From the NCBI GenBank assembly GCA_963713045.1, contig CAVQKE010000005.1, positions 32,001 through 96,000 on the forward strand: a stretch of 64,000 nucleotides of DNA, written 5' to 3'. The DNA comes from an uncultured delta proteobacterium (GTDB taxonomy: Bacteria; Myxococcota; Myxococcia; Myxococcales; Myxococcaceae). The notes beneath the pieces are model-generated. The model made no database searches, was not told the DNA's origin, and saw nothing but the letters and a program-made list of their open reading frames with translations. Of the stretch, positions 50,864-61,429 are shown one piece after another (within the stretch, counting starts at the first letter, position 1; each line of letters begins with the position of its first letter). A program made the position numbers and the translations under genes.

Positions 50864-52270
50864 TTGCTGAAATTCCTTCAGAAAGCTTTTGCGACGTTTC
50901 GAGATTTCCTGTGGCTGGCAGCCCGTAACTGGCTCTCCCTGCTCGGAGTCATTCTCGCCACCGTCGCCGCCATCTCGTTTCTAGCCATCCTCGCACTTGA
51001 GATAAGCGGCGAGGCCCGCGGAAACTACATGGGCATCATCAGCTATCTCATCCTGCCTACCATCTTCGTGGTCGGCCTGGTGCTGATCCCGATTGGGCTA
51101 CGCCTGCAGCGCAAGAAAGACAAGCCAGGCCAGCCCACCGCGTTCCCGGTGCTCAACTTCAACGAGCCCCGGCTTCGCTCCATTGGCCTACTCGTCCTCG
51201 TGCTGACGGTCGTAAACCTAATGATCGTGTCGACGGCGACCTTTAAGGGCCTCGAGGTGATGCACAGCGACGCTTTTTGTGGCACCACCTGCCACAACGT
51301 GATGCAGCCGGAGGCGGTCGCCCACCTGACCACCACCCATGGAAACGTCAACTGCGTCGACTGCCACATCGGCGAGGGCGCGAGCCACTTCGTCAAGGCC
51401 AAGCTGCGAGGGTCGGCGCAGATGGTGGAGTTCATGTTTGGCGATTACCCTCGCCCGGTGCCCCAGCCGACCGCGGTTCCCAGCGCCATCTGCACCCAGT
51501 GCCACACCCCGGAGCGGTTCAGTGAAGGTCGGCTGCACGTGAGGCGCACCTACGGCAACGCGGAAAAGGTCGTCGAGAAGGACACCATCTTCCGGATGCT
51601 GGTGGGCGGCTTACGCAACGGGAAGTGGCAGGGCATCCACCAACACAACGGGATGCACATTCGGTACCTCTCTGACCCGAAGCGCGCAACCATCAGCGAC
51701 ATCGAGGTTACCCGCCCCGACGGCAGCACCGACAAATTCACCGCCAAGGACGTGAAGGCTCCCGCCGGCGCGCAGTGGTACGAGATGGGCTGCACCGACT
51801 GCCACAGCCGACCAGCGCATCGCTTCTCCACTCCCGAGTCCATCGTCAACAACGCGCTCGCCAGTGGGGCCATTAGCAAGGACCTCCCCTACATCGGGCG
51901 CGAGGCCGTCGCGGTACTCAAGACGAGCTACCCCTCGCAAGACGACGCGAAGAAGGCAATTCCGACCGCCCTGCTGGCTTCCTACGCGAAGCTGGCTCCC
52001 GACCTCGATGCGCAAGGGAAAGCGAAGGTCGAGGCAGCCGGGAAGCTGCTTGCCGTGGAATGGACGTACAACAACTTCCCTGACATGAAAGTTACCTGGG
52101 GCACCTACGTCGACTACCTCCAGCACGAGCCCGGCTGCTGGCGCTGCCACGACCAGAACCACCAGAACGCGAAGGGCGAGGTGGTGCAGCAGAAATGCTC
52201 CGGCGCGTGCCATGACATCATCGCCACCGACGAAGAGAAACCCGAGGCGATGGACGTGCTCTATCCGTAA
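50864..52270 (+). CDS. NapC/NirT-like multiheme cytochrome c
   Basis: Three N-terminal TM helices; CVDCH, CTQCH, CTDCH, CWRCH plus CX3CH motifs CGTTCH and CSGACH. Confidence 0.88.
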   Translation: MLKFLQKAFATFRDFLWLAARNWLSLLGVILATVAAISFLAILALEISGEARGNYMGIISYLILPTIFVVGLVLIPIGLRLQRKKDKPGQPTAFPVLNFNEPRLRSIGLLVLVLTVVNLMIVSTATFKGLEVMHSDAFCGTTCHNVMQPEAVAHLTTTHGNVNCVDCHIGEGASHFVKAKLRGSAQMVEFMFGDYPRPVPQPTAVPSAICTQCHTPERFSEGRLHVRRTYGNAEKVVEKDTIFRMLVGGLRNGKWQGIHQHNGMHIRYLSDPKRATISDIEVTRPDGSTDKFTAKDVKAPAGAQWYEMGCTDCHSRPAHRFSTPESIVNNALASGAISKDLPYIGREAVAVLKTSYPSQDDAKKAIPTALLASYAKLAPDLDAQGKAKVEAAGKLLAVEWTYNNFPDMKVTWGTYVDYLQHEPGCWRCHDQNHQNAKGEVVQQKCSGACHDIIATDEEKPEAMDVLYP

Positions 52271-52418
52271 GTCGAGGCAGGCTGAGCCGCCGGAGGACAG
52301 ACGCACTGCTGGTGCCCGGGGCGCCACCTCTGGATAGAAGACGCGTCACTATCGACGACTGACTCGCAAGAAAACTCAGGAGGGCGCCGTCGAGCGCCCA
52401 CTCCGAGGCCACACTGGG

Positions 52419-52769
52419 CTACTTCTTGAAAGAGCGGATGAGCGCAATGAGTGAGTCGACTTGCTCGGGCGTAAGCTCGTCCTTGAAGGGCGTCATCTCC
52501 TGCTTCACGCCGCCCTTCTCCTTCTTGACGCCATTCAGAATGGCGTTCTTGAGCTCGTCGTCCTTCTTCGCCTGGAACGCGGCGGTGCTCATGTCGACAA
52601 TCTTCATCGCCTTGCCCGGCGTGGTGTCCGCCTGGCCAGACGCGCCGTGACAGGAGGAGCACTTGGCCTTCCACAGACGGTCGGTCTTTTTGTCTGTGTC
52701 GGCGAGTGCCGCGGCGTTGAGTAGAAGTGAAGCAGCTGCAATCGATGCCAACATGCCAAAATGTTTCAT
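52419..52769 (-). CDS. Class I monoheme cytochrome c
   Basis: Signal peptide, CSSCH, distal Met (MTPF). Confidence 0.9.
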   Translation of the reverse strand: MKHFGMLASIAAASLLLNAAALADTDKKTDRLWKAKCSSCHGASGQADTTPGKAMKIVDMSTAAFQAKKDDELKNAILNGVKKEKGGVKQEMTPFKDELTPEQVDSLIALIRSFKK

Positions 52770-53015
52770 GAATGGCCCTCGGGTTGAGGCGTAGCGCACG
52801 GACGCGCAAGTCGCAAGAAATACTGAGGAGCGCCTGACTGCGTCGGAGGGGTCCACGTTGTCGTCCATTCGCTGGGTGGAGGCGTGCTGGCGCAGTCTCT
52901 GGTGCGCATGTCCCTTGCAACAGGGGCCGTGCCTGACCTGGTCCGGCTGCGGGGCACCGCCAACTCTGGCGTCCACAGATGACCTCACCCGCGAACGAAT
53001 TGAGTTAGAGGTGCC

Positions 53016-53267
53016 TTAGCCGCACACTTTGCGCGAAGAGACTGCCGCCACGGACCCCTCGGACGTGAGGCACCTCCCCCAAGGGCCACAGCAGAGGGCA
53101 TCGGTCTTGCACGAGCGGGTAGCACCTGGCGCCGGAACCAATGGGCTCGGACCGTCGATTAGCTCCGTGCCGGACCAACCGGCCACTTTTTCTGGCTGCT
53201 TGAGCAACGCCCAGATGCGGTCCGCTGAAGCAGAGATAACGCTGGTGGGACAAGTCTGCATCGCCAT
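53016..53267 (-). pseudogene. SRPBCC-like gene fragment
   Basis: The start VISASADRIWALL...W resembles SRPBCC, then the similarity is lost. Confidence 0.4.
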
Positions 53268-53324
53268 CAGAAAGCCCTCCCGGTTCGCTTCCAGCCGAAA
53301 CGCTGTCGGGGGTCGGCGGTCGAT

Positions 53325-54143
53325 CTAGTCGTCGTAGTAACGTCCGTTCACCTCCTCACCCACGATGGCAAAGTCGCACTTCGAGCTGGTGAGCGGATCG
53401 GACTTCCACGAAAAGCCGATCGAGGGCACCTCAACTTCCGCCTCGAGTTGGCAGGATGCCCGTGTGCCCGTAAACCGGAAATGCTTGGAGGCATCCTCGT
53501 ACTTCGCTGGCTGCCCGTTTGATCTCCACACCACCTTGAAACTCATCCGAGCCGGAGTGGCTATGGAGTCCGGCGCAGGCCAGCGTGGTTGATCGACGAT
53601 GGCGACGTTCCGCATCTCGAGGGTAAAGATGTTCCCGTCGTCACTAACGCTTAGGCCATGCTCGGGGACCGGAACAACCCAATACAGGCCAGACGGCGAA
53701 ATGGGTGGGTGAAAGTCGTGTACCTGGTTAGCGGGGACAGCCTGTCCCCGAAATAGGGTGAGTCAGATATGCGTCAAAATGCCCTGCTGCGCGGTTCGGG
53801 CCGCCCAGTACTCGCCACGCATCACGCCATAGTCGGTGGTCGGGGTGCCAAAAGCGATGCGATTCCCCCTATTGTCGGTCCCCATTCCCGTGAAGGTACT
53901 GCATCGGGCCACTTGCCCCTTGAAATGAAAGATGTGTGAAGGTTCAAGGTTGGGACCCGCAGGCTGATTGTGGCTACCATTCTTATCGAGCCACGGAATT
54001 GGAAAGGGCTCCGTCCCGCCGTTCGCGGCTGTGGGCAGCGGAACTTCCGACGCTCCCATCGCGGAGGGAATCGCCAGCGGGAGAAGAGAGAGGGCACCCG
54101 CTTGCAGCATCTCTCTGCGACTGCATCCTTTCATAGTTGGCAT
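53325..54143 (-). CDS. Putative Tat-exported selenoprotein/readthrough protein (in-frame UGA at 53763-53765)
   Basis: GGAGG RBS, SRREML signal; THI-(TGA)-LTLFRGQAVPANQVHDFHPPISPSGLYW continues without a stop into ORF 53325-53615; hairpin after the UGA. Confidence 0.7.
53732..53750 (-). promoter_or_regulatory. Bacterial SECIS-like hairpin
   Basis: CGGGGAC-AGGCU-GUCCCCG, starting after a 12-nt spacer 3' of the UGA. Confidence 0.62.
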
Positions 54144-54311
54144 AACCACGACCCTCCAGAAGAAGACTATCATTCATGTTGACGAGTAGCAGCGTCGCAG
54201 CGCGATCGGCTCCTCCTAGCAGAAGGATACACGCTGATCTACGAGCAAGCTCATCATCGCAGCTGACCATACACAAACCAACGGATGATCCGGAGTGGAA
54301 GGAGCTCTGTC

Positions 54312-54545
54312 ATGAAATGTTGGCCGTTTGTCGCACTACTCATTGGGCCGGGCTTCGCAGCGGATAAGGGACGCGCCAATCAGGCGAAAACTGGTTCCAG
54401 GCCGGTGACTCCGATCGTGCTCGAGGCCGTCGGGAAAAACGAAGGGATCACCACTATCCCGAGCACCCATTCGGTCGACCAGACTGTGGTCAAGCTCCAG
54501 TCGATTCTGAAATCTAAGGGCGTCGCCTGGTGGCTTCCCGCGTAA
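54312..54545 (+). pseudogene. Truncated DUF302-like gene
   Basis: GITTIPSTHSVDQTVVKLQSILKSKGV resembles the DUF302 start, then stops. Confidence 0.45.
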
Positions 54546-54946
54546 TGCACTCAGGTCCCGATAAGAGCGCTCGTCGAATCTTGGCCTTCACGATTTCATC
54601 CGAAATCACGTGTTCCGCGTTCCAATTGACGAAATTGTCCCTCATCCTTGGCGCTGGGGAGATTGGACTCCGGGATTAAAGCGCCTGAGTCCTTGCGAGT
54701 GCGGAGGCGAAACGTCGCGTTCGTCCAGTGCGGTTGCACGACTGCGACATTACACAAGGGTGTCTACTCAGCGTCCTTGGCGTGCCCCACGCTGAGGTGT
54801 TGAAAGGATTCTTCGATACGGCGCCCCCAAAGCTCACGCCAATAGGATGGCTTCGAGCTCTTGCGGCAGAGGGACGACTACAGATTCAATCCAAACTCCG
54901 CCTTTGCAAGGACAGCGCCTAGGCCGGACAGGACGCTCTACGGGAC

Positions 54947-55690
54947 ATGCTCAAAGCGCTGCTGACAGACATTCACGGAAACCTCGAGGCGCTGTCGGCC
55001 TGCCTCGACCATGCACGCCGCCTGGGGGCAGAGCGGCATGCCTTCCTCGGGGACCTTGTGGGCTACGGGGCTGACCCAGGCCCCGTGGTAGATGTCGTCA
55101 GGGCGTTGGTCGCTCATGGTGCGACCGCGGTGCTCGGCAACCATGACCAAGCCGTCGCCCAAGAATTGCGCCCATCCATGAATGCAGACGCAAGAAAAGT
55201 CGTCGAGTGGACGCGTGCGCAGCTAGACGCCGGGCAGCTCGCGTTTCTTGGGGGCTTGCCGCTGGTCGAAGAGGAGAACAGCCACCTGTACGTCCACGCC
55301 AATGCTTGGGACCCGGGCGGGTGGGAGTACATCCATGGCCGATACGATGCTGGCCGGAGTCTCAGAGCAACGCGCTGCCACATTACCTTCTGCGGGCACG
55401 TGCACGAGCCAATGCTGTACCAGATGACGCAGGCTGGGCACGTGACCGACTTCCGACCGGTGCCAGGTATGGGAATCCCTCTCGCACGCCGTCGTCGCTG
55501 GCTCGCCCTTCCCGGTTCTGTTGGGCAGCCGCGCGATGGGATCCCTGCGGCCTCTTATGCCGTGTTCGAGAGCCAAACTGCGGTCCTGACCTTCTTTCGT
55601 GTCCCGTTTGATACGGAAGGCGCCGCGCGCAAAATCCGCCAGGCCGGGCTTCCAGAGGGTCTTGGACTTCGTCTTGAGGTTGGGACTTGA
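54947..55690 (+). CDS. Calcineurin-like metallophosphoesterase
   Basis: [30 protein letters not shown]. Confidence 0.93.
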   Translation: MLKALLTDIHGNLEALSACLDHARRLGAERHAFLGDLVGYGADPGPVVDVVRALVAHGATAVLGNHDQAVAQELRPSMNADARKVVEWTRAQLDAGQLAFLGGLPLVEEENSHLYVHANAWDPGGWEYIHGRYDAGRSLRATRCHITFCGHVHEPMLYQMTQAGHVTDFRPVPGMGIPLARRRRWLALPGSVGQPRDGIPAASYAVFESQTAVLTFFRVPFDTEGAARKIRQAGLPEGLGLRLEVGT

Positions 55691-55694
55691 GCGA

Positions 55695-57116
55695 ATGGTC
55701 GCATCCAACCTCCAGCCGGGAATGCTCGTGGACGGCTTCCGGCTGGACGAGCGGATTCATCAGGGCAGCATGGCGACCATTTGGCGCGTTGCGCGGCCAG
55801 AGAGTAGCCAGCCTTTGGTGATGAAAATACCGCTCGTTAGTGCAGAAGACGACCCTGCGGCCATCGTTGGCTTCGAAGTCGAGCAGATGATTCTGCCGAT
55901 CCTCTCGGGCCCGCACGTCCCGCGTTTTGTCGCCAGCAGCGATTTTTCGGAGCAGCCGTACATCGTTATGGAGTTCCTTCCCGGTCACTCACTCAGGGAC
56001 CGTCTGGGAGACGCTCCGCTGCGAGCTGAGGAGGTAGCAGCGATCGGGACGCAAGTGGCCCTGGCGCTGCATGACCTCCACGGTCAGCAGGTTATCCACT
56101 TCGACTTGAAGCCGAGCAACGTCATGTTCCGCGAAAGCGGGGATGCGGTGCTGGTCGACTTCGGTCTCGCCAGGCATGACAGATTGCCCGACCTGCTGGC
56201 GGAGCAGTTCCGGGTCCCAATGGGAACTGGTCCCTACATTTCTCCTGAACAAGTGCGGGGCGTTCGCAATGATCCACGCTCTGACCTCTTCGCGCTTGGA
56301 GTGGTCCTCTACCATCTCGCAACCGCGACTCGTCCGTTCGGTGCTCCGACTACGATTCGCGGATTGCGACGACGCCTTTATCGCGATCCGGTCCCTCCTT
56401 GCGCAAGTTGTCCGAGTTGTCCCCCCTGGTTGCAGGAAATCATTCTGCGCTGCCTGGAAGTGGATCCTCGGCAACGCTATGAAACCGCGGCTCAGCTCGC
56501 TTTCGATCTACAAAACCCGGAACAAATGCGGCTTACAGAGCGAGCCCAGCGGCTAGCTCGGGACGGAGCGTTCACCGTCGCACGACGGTGGTTCCGGACC
56601 CTGGGCGCCGAGCCCGATTCACGGCAGTCGGCGTCCAAGCAGCTGTCAAACGCGCCCATCGTTGTGGTCGCTGTGGATCTGACACAAGCGTCGGACGCTC
56701 TGGCCGCGGCGCTCCTCTTGACGGCCCGAAGCGTGCTCGAGGCACAACCTGGGGCCCGGCTGGCTTGCATCACGGTTCTGAGGACCTCACGCATCTCTTT
56801 GGACTTCAACGTTGACGACGAGGGGCGCAACCTTCGGGTGATGCGACTGGTCGAGCTGAAGCACTGGGCCCGGCCACTGGGCATGTCGGAAGGCAAGATT
56901 ACTCACCACGTCCTGGAAGGTCCCGATCCGGCGGGGACGATTGTCGAGTTTGCGAAGTCCAACCGCGTCGACCACATTGTTATCGGCGCACGGGGTAGCT
57001 CGGCGCTTCGGCGCTACCTCGGGAGCGTCTCCTCTCAGGTGGTGGCTGAGGCCCCTTGCAACGTGACGGTGGTCAGGACGCGGGAGCGGGCTCTGGGAGA
57101 TGATGGGGGTGGGTAG
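55695..57116 (+). CDS. Bifunctional Ser/Thr protein kinase / universal stress protein
   Basis: [23 protein letters not shown] tail IVIGARG...LGSVSSQV...APCNVTVV. Confidence 0.92.
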   Translation: MVASNLQPGMLVDGFRLDERIHQGSMATIWRVARPESSQPLVMKIPLVSAEDDPAAIVGFEVEQMILPILSGPHVPRFVASSDFSEQPYIVMEFLPGHSLRDRLGDAPLRAEEVAAIGTQVALALHDLHGQQVIHFDLKPSNVMFRESGDAVLVDFGLARHDRLPDLLAEQFRVPMGTGPYISPEQVRGVRNDPRSDLFALGVVLYHLATATRPFGAPTTIRGLRRRLYRDPVPPCASCPSCPPWLQEIILRCLEVDPRQRYETAAQLAFDLQNPEQMRLTERAQRLARDGAFTVARRWFRTLGAEPDSRQSASKQLSNAPIVVVAVDLTQASDALAAALLLTARSVLEAQPGARLACITVLRTSRISLDFNVDDEGRNLRVMRLVELKHWARPLGMSEGKITHHVLEGPDPAGTIVEFAKSNRVDHIVIGARGSSALRRYLGSVSSQVVAEAPCNVTVVRTRERALGDDGGG

Positions 57117-57232
57117 GCCAAAACGCGCAAAAAGGTCGTTGTCTATGAGGAACCCGAGGTGCAGAGTGGTCGACTCGTGACGCGAAGGTGCCAAGTTCTG
57201 AGGCTTCTTGCTGGCACGGCGCAACCCCCTCC

Positions 57233-59119
57233 TCAGGCCGGAGAGTCCTCAGGGAAGGTGACTTGTAAAGCGTAGATGCCGGCTTCGGGCAGCGGAATTT
57301 CGGAGAGGCCGACGCGGCGAAGTACGCCAATCATTCCGTGGTTACTCGCCAAGACATCGGCCCGGAGCCCCTTCATCCCGTTGCGCTTTCCAACGTCTAC
57401 CAGGCGGCGCACCAATGCAGTACCAACCCCGCGCTTCTGCCACCCTTCAGCGACGACAATCCCGAGTTCTCCCATCCGGCTCGTCTGGTCCAGGTCGTAG
57501 CGTGCGACGCCGAGTAGGCTGGAATCCTCGAGGCGCTCAGCCACCAGCGCGCAGCTGCTACGTGGGTCGGTATCGAGCACCGCCAAGACTTCGGACCGAG
57601 GATGGATTTGGCGCGCTGTGAAGTAGCGCTGGTAGACGCTCTCTGGTGAGAGGGCGTAGAGCAGCGCATGCACTTTGCTTTCGTCCGTCACCCGGGCGGC
57701 ACGCACCCGGACGTGCGCGCCGTCAGCAAGCACCTCATCCCAGTGGCGCCTCTCGAAAGGGACCTTCGGTACAGGCTGGTCTGGAAGCACCCAATGCCGT
57801 CCCTTCGCGGCGTTAAGGAGCTCCTCACGATGGTCCGGGTGCGCGATGGCGACCAACGCTAGAGCGCGCTCCCGCACGGATTTCCCCCATAGGTCGGCCA
57901 CACCGTACTCGGTGACGATGTAGCGCACGTCACCCCGGCTCGTGACCACGGCCGCCCCTTCGGGGAACACGGCCTGGATACGGCTCACTGTCCCGTCGCG
58001 CGCCAGCGAGGGGAAGACGATGAACGAGCGGCCGCCCTTACTGCGGGCCGCCCCCCGGACAAAGTCTACCTGTCCGCCGATGCCGGAATAGAAGCCACTC
58101 TCCAGGGTATCCGCGGACACTTGGCCGGTCAGGTCCACCGATAGCGCGGTGTTGATGCTGACCATCCGGTCGTTCCGCGCGATGACTTGCGGATCATTCA
58201 CCCAGTCACTCGGGCCCATATGCAGCTGCTCGTTCTCGTCCGCCCAGGCGTAGAGCGCGTCACTGCCCATGAGGAACGAGGCCACCAGCTTTCCAGGCAT
58301 CAGCGACTTGCGTCGCCCGGTGACGGCTCCCGCGCGCACCAAGTCGAGAATTCCGTCGGACAGCATCTCGGTGTGGACACCGAGGTCTCGGTGGCCGCGC
58401 AGGGCCGCGAGGATGGCAGATGGGGCGCGGCCGATGCCAACTTGAAGAGTGGCGCCGTCCGGCACGAGGTCCGCCACTGTCTCTCCAATCGCGCGGGAGA
58501 CGTCATCTGGCTCGGGCGGTAGCCGCTCAAGGAGTGGAGCGTCGACGGGCACCAGCGCGGCGCAACGGCGGAGGTCAATGCGGGTGTCACCCCTGGTTCG
58601 CGGCATGCGAGGGTTTACTTCGGCGATGACAATTCGGGCGGAGTCCACCGCGGCCCGCACCACGTCCACGCTCACACCAAGGCTGCTGTAGCCCTCCGCA
58701 TCCGGCAGGCTTACCTGGACGAGCGCCGCGTCCACCGGAGCCCGTCCGCTGCGGAGCAAGTCGGGAATTTCGGAGAGGAACACGGGCGTGAAGTCTGCCC
58801 GGCCCTCCCGCACCGCGGTGCGGGTATTTGCGCCGATGAAGAAGGCGTTGTGGCGAAAGCGGCCTGCACACTCGGCTACGGCGTACGGCGCAGGCCCGAG
58901 GGTGAGGATGTGCACCACTTCGTTGTCGGCGAGCTGGGTGCCACAGCGCACCATCGCATCCACGAGACGCACCGGCTGCGCTGCGCCCGAACCGATGAAA
59001 ATCCTGTGTCCTGGCCGCAGCAGCCGAATCGCCTCTTCGACGGTAGCAATGCGGTCTGCAAAGCGCTGCCGCCAGCCCAAGCCGAGTCCGGCAACGCTCG
59101 CTTCGTGGTTCACTGTCAT
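57233..59119 (-). CDS. Acetyl-CoA hydrolase/CoA-transferase fused to a GNAT domain
   Basis: GATLQVGIG, HTEMLSDG, SGIGGQVDF; C-terminal WQKRGVGT GNAT motif. Confidence 0.92.
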   Translation of the reverse strand: MTVNHEASVAGLGLGWRQRFADRIATVEEAIRLLRPGHRIFIGSGAAQPVRLVDAMVRCGTQLADNEVVHILTLGPAPYAVAECAGRFRHNAFFIGANTRTAVREGRADFTPVFLSEIPDLLRSGRAPVDAALVQVSLPDAEGYSSLGVSVDVVRAAVDSARIVIAEVNPRMPRTRGDTRIDLRRCAALVPVDAPLLERLPPEPDDVSRAIGETVADLVPDGATLQVGIGRAPSAILAALRGHRDLGVHTEMLSDGILDLVRAGAVTGRRKSLMPGKLVASFLMGSDALYAWADENEQLHMGPSDWVNDPQVIARNDRMVSINTALSVDLTGQVSADTLESGFYSGIGGQVDFVRGAARSKGGRSFIVFPSLARDGTVSRIQAVFPEGAAVVTSRGDVRYIVTEYGVADLWGKSVRERALALVAIAHPDHREELLNAAKGRHWVLPDQPVPKVPFERRHWDEVLADGAHVRVRAARVTDESKVHALLYALSPESVYQRYFTARQIHPRSEVLAVLDTDPRSSCALVAERLEDSSLLGVARYDLDQTSRMGELGIVVAEGWQKRGVGTALVRRLVDVGKRNGMKGLRADVLASNHGMIGVLRRVGLSEIPLPEAGIYALQVTFPEDSPA

Positions 59120-59737
59120 GAAAGCCAGTCCCTAACCGAGTCGACCTCTCGTGCGCAGCCACAAGTCTTGTGCGGGCGTCTTCCTCTGCACAATCGAAAA
59201 CGCCAAGGGTGGCCCTGACATCGCGAATGCTAGACTCCTACTCGTCCCCTTTTCGCCACAATGTCGTGGCCGATGACCGGTCATCCGCCGGCTCGTCATG
59301 CGCTGAACTTCGCTGTTCTGCGAGCAGAAACGCTTCGTTGCACCTCACGCAGATGCATGCCAGCCAAGTCCCGAGAATCTCAGGCGAGGCCGCGATGCTC
59401 GGCTGGGCGGCGTTGCTGAGGAGCGTGGAGAGAGGTTACTTGTCGAAAAGGCGGCCTCCTGCATGCGAAAGGGGAGATTGGCTCACAGCCATGTCATAGG
59501 TGATGCACTCGCTGAGCTACTGCCCGAGCTATCCAAAGGGGTCGACGTCGACTCTTGTGCTTGCGGGTACCACCGGCGGGCCGGTGCTCGTACCGACTTA
59601 GGGGCTAGCACGGTTAATGCGCAAGCCTTCCACTCTCAAAGAGTGCAATTTAGCGTTGGCGGTGGGGCCGGCGATGGCTCCAGCGCGGTTGTACGTACCT
59701 CTTAGGTGAACCGACCAGCGTTGGGGAGGAGATTGCG

Positions 59738-61429
59738 ATGAGCGCCGGCCCGAAGGAGATGACTCCAGTTTACAAGTCGACCATCGCCAAGGGTACTGGC
59801 GCACGCCGCTGGCAAACCGCTGCCTACGTGGACCTCCTGCCACCCTGTAACCACGCCTGTCCGGCAGGGGAAAACATTCAAGCGTGGCTGGCCTTCGCGC
59901 AGGCAGGCCGCCACGAGGAAGCGTGGCGCAAGTACATGGAGGAAAACCCCCTCCCGGGAACGCATGGGCGTGCCTGTTACCACCCGTGCGAAGACGCCTG
60001 TAACCGTCAGTTCCTCGACGCGCCGGTGGCCATCCATTCACTTGACCGGTTCCTTGGCGACTTAGCCCTCAAGCACGGGTGGACGATGCCGGTGGGGACT
60101 CCCAGCGGGAAGCGTGTGCTGGTGGTAGGCGCCGGGCCAGCTGGACTCTCTTGCGCCTACCATTTGCGACGCCTGGGCCACGACGTCGAGATTCGCGACG
60201 CCAACCCCAAGCCGGGCGGGATGATGCACTATGGAATTCCGGCTTACCGGTTGCCGCGTCCGGGGCTGGAGCAAGAAATTGCCCGCATCGAAGCCATGGG
60301 GGTGACGTTTGTCTCCAACTACCGCGTGACGGATGTGCTGGCGGACCGGGCAGCGGGCGGCTTCGACGCCGTCTTCTTGGCATTAGGCGCGCAGGTTGCC
60401 AACCACCTCGAGATTCCGTCCATGGACGGCGGGAAGATGATTGACGCCATCACGCTCCTGGAGAAGGTCGAGAAGGGGCGTGCTCCGAAACTGGGCCGTG
60501 TAGTGGGAATTGTCGGCGGAGGAAACACCGCGATGGACGCGGCCCGCATCGCAAAGCGACTTGGCGCTGAAGAGGCAGTACTCGTTTTTCGTTTTGATCA
60601 GAACCACATGGAAGCCCACCCGTATGAGGCGATGGAGGCCTTTGCCGAGGGCGTGAAAATTAAGTGGCTGTCGACGGTGAAGCAATTCGGCGAGGACGAG
60701 CTGCTGGTGGAGAAAATGGAGATGCTTCCCGACGGGTCGGGCTGCGTTGGCACCGGCAAGCTGGAGCGACTCAAGGCCGACTCATTGGTACTAGCTGTAG
60801 GGCAACACTCGGATGTTGGGTTTCTGCAGACAATTCCGGGAGTGCGGATTGGCCAAGGAGCCCTCGTCGAGGTGGACCGCCGACTGCAGACTGGGCATCC
60901 GGGGCTATTTGCTGGCGGCGACATGATTGGCGGGGCGCGCACCATGACTGCGGCGGTGGGGCATGGCAAAAAGGCGGCGCGCAACATCGACGCTTGGCTT
61001 CGAGGCAACGTTTACGAGAGGCCGCCAGCGCATCCCATTGCTGGCTTCGAGCTGTTGAATCTTCCCCTGTACCTCGAGGCAGACCGTCGAGAGCAACGGG
61101 CGACCGAGATGGGACAGCGGCGAGGCTTCGAGGAAATTCTCTCCGGCCTCTCAGAGTCCGAGGCACGTTTCGAGGCCAGCCGGTGCCTCTCGTGCGGGAA
61201 CTGCTTCGAATGCGACAACTGCTACGCAGCGTGCCCCGAGCAAGCCATCGTCAAGCTGGGGAAAGGTCGGTTTTACCGCGTGGACGAGGCCCTCTGCACC
61301 GGGTGCGCCGTCTGCTACGAGCAATGTCCCTGCCACGCCATCGAGATGGTCCCCGAGCGCCGCGTTGACGCAAACGTTGGTTCTGTTGGTCAGGCCGCTC
61401 TCCCAGCAGCCTTCAAGGTGAGGCCATGA
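59738..61429 (+). CDS. GltD-like FAD/NAD(P) oxidoreductase with 4Fe-4S domains
   Basis: PCNHACP, GAGPAG, GGGNTAMD, CLSCGNCFECDNCYAACP, CTGCAVCYEQCP. Confidence 0.92.
   Translation: MSAGPKEMTPVYKSTIAKGTGARRWQTAAYVDLLPPCNHACPAGENIQAWLAFAQAGRHEEAWRKYMEENPLPGTHGRACYHPCEDACNRQFLDAPVAIHSLDRFLGDLALKHGWTMPVGTPSGKRVLVVGAGPAGLSCAYHLRRLGHDVEIRDANPKPGGMMHYGIPAYRLPRPGLEQEIARIEAMGVTFVSNYRVTDVLADRAAGGFDAVFLALGAQVANHLEIPSMDGGKMIDAITLLEKVEKGRAPKLGRVVGIVGGGNTAMDAARIAKRLGAEEAVLVFRFDQNHMEAHPYEAMEAFAEGVKIKWLSTVKQFGEDELLVEKMEMLPDGSGCVGTGKLERLKADSLVLAVGQHSDVGFLQTIPGVRIGQGALVEVDRRLQTGHPGLFAGGDMIGGARTMTAAVGHGKKAARNIDAWLRGNVYERPPAHPIAGFELLNLPLYLEADRREQRATEMGQRRGFEEILSGLSESEARFEASRCLSCGNCFECDNCYAACPEQAIVKLGKGRFYRVDEALCTGCAVCYEQCPCHAIEMVPERRVDANVGSVGQAALPAAFKVRP

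Noticed and set aside
20915..54143. Genome-wide UGA reassignment (code 4 or 25)
   Set aside because: Many conserved genes end at TGA at the expected position, and Trp is encoded by TGG throughout.
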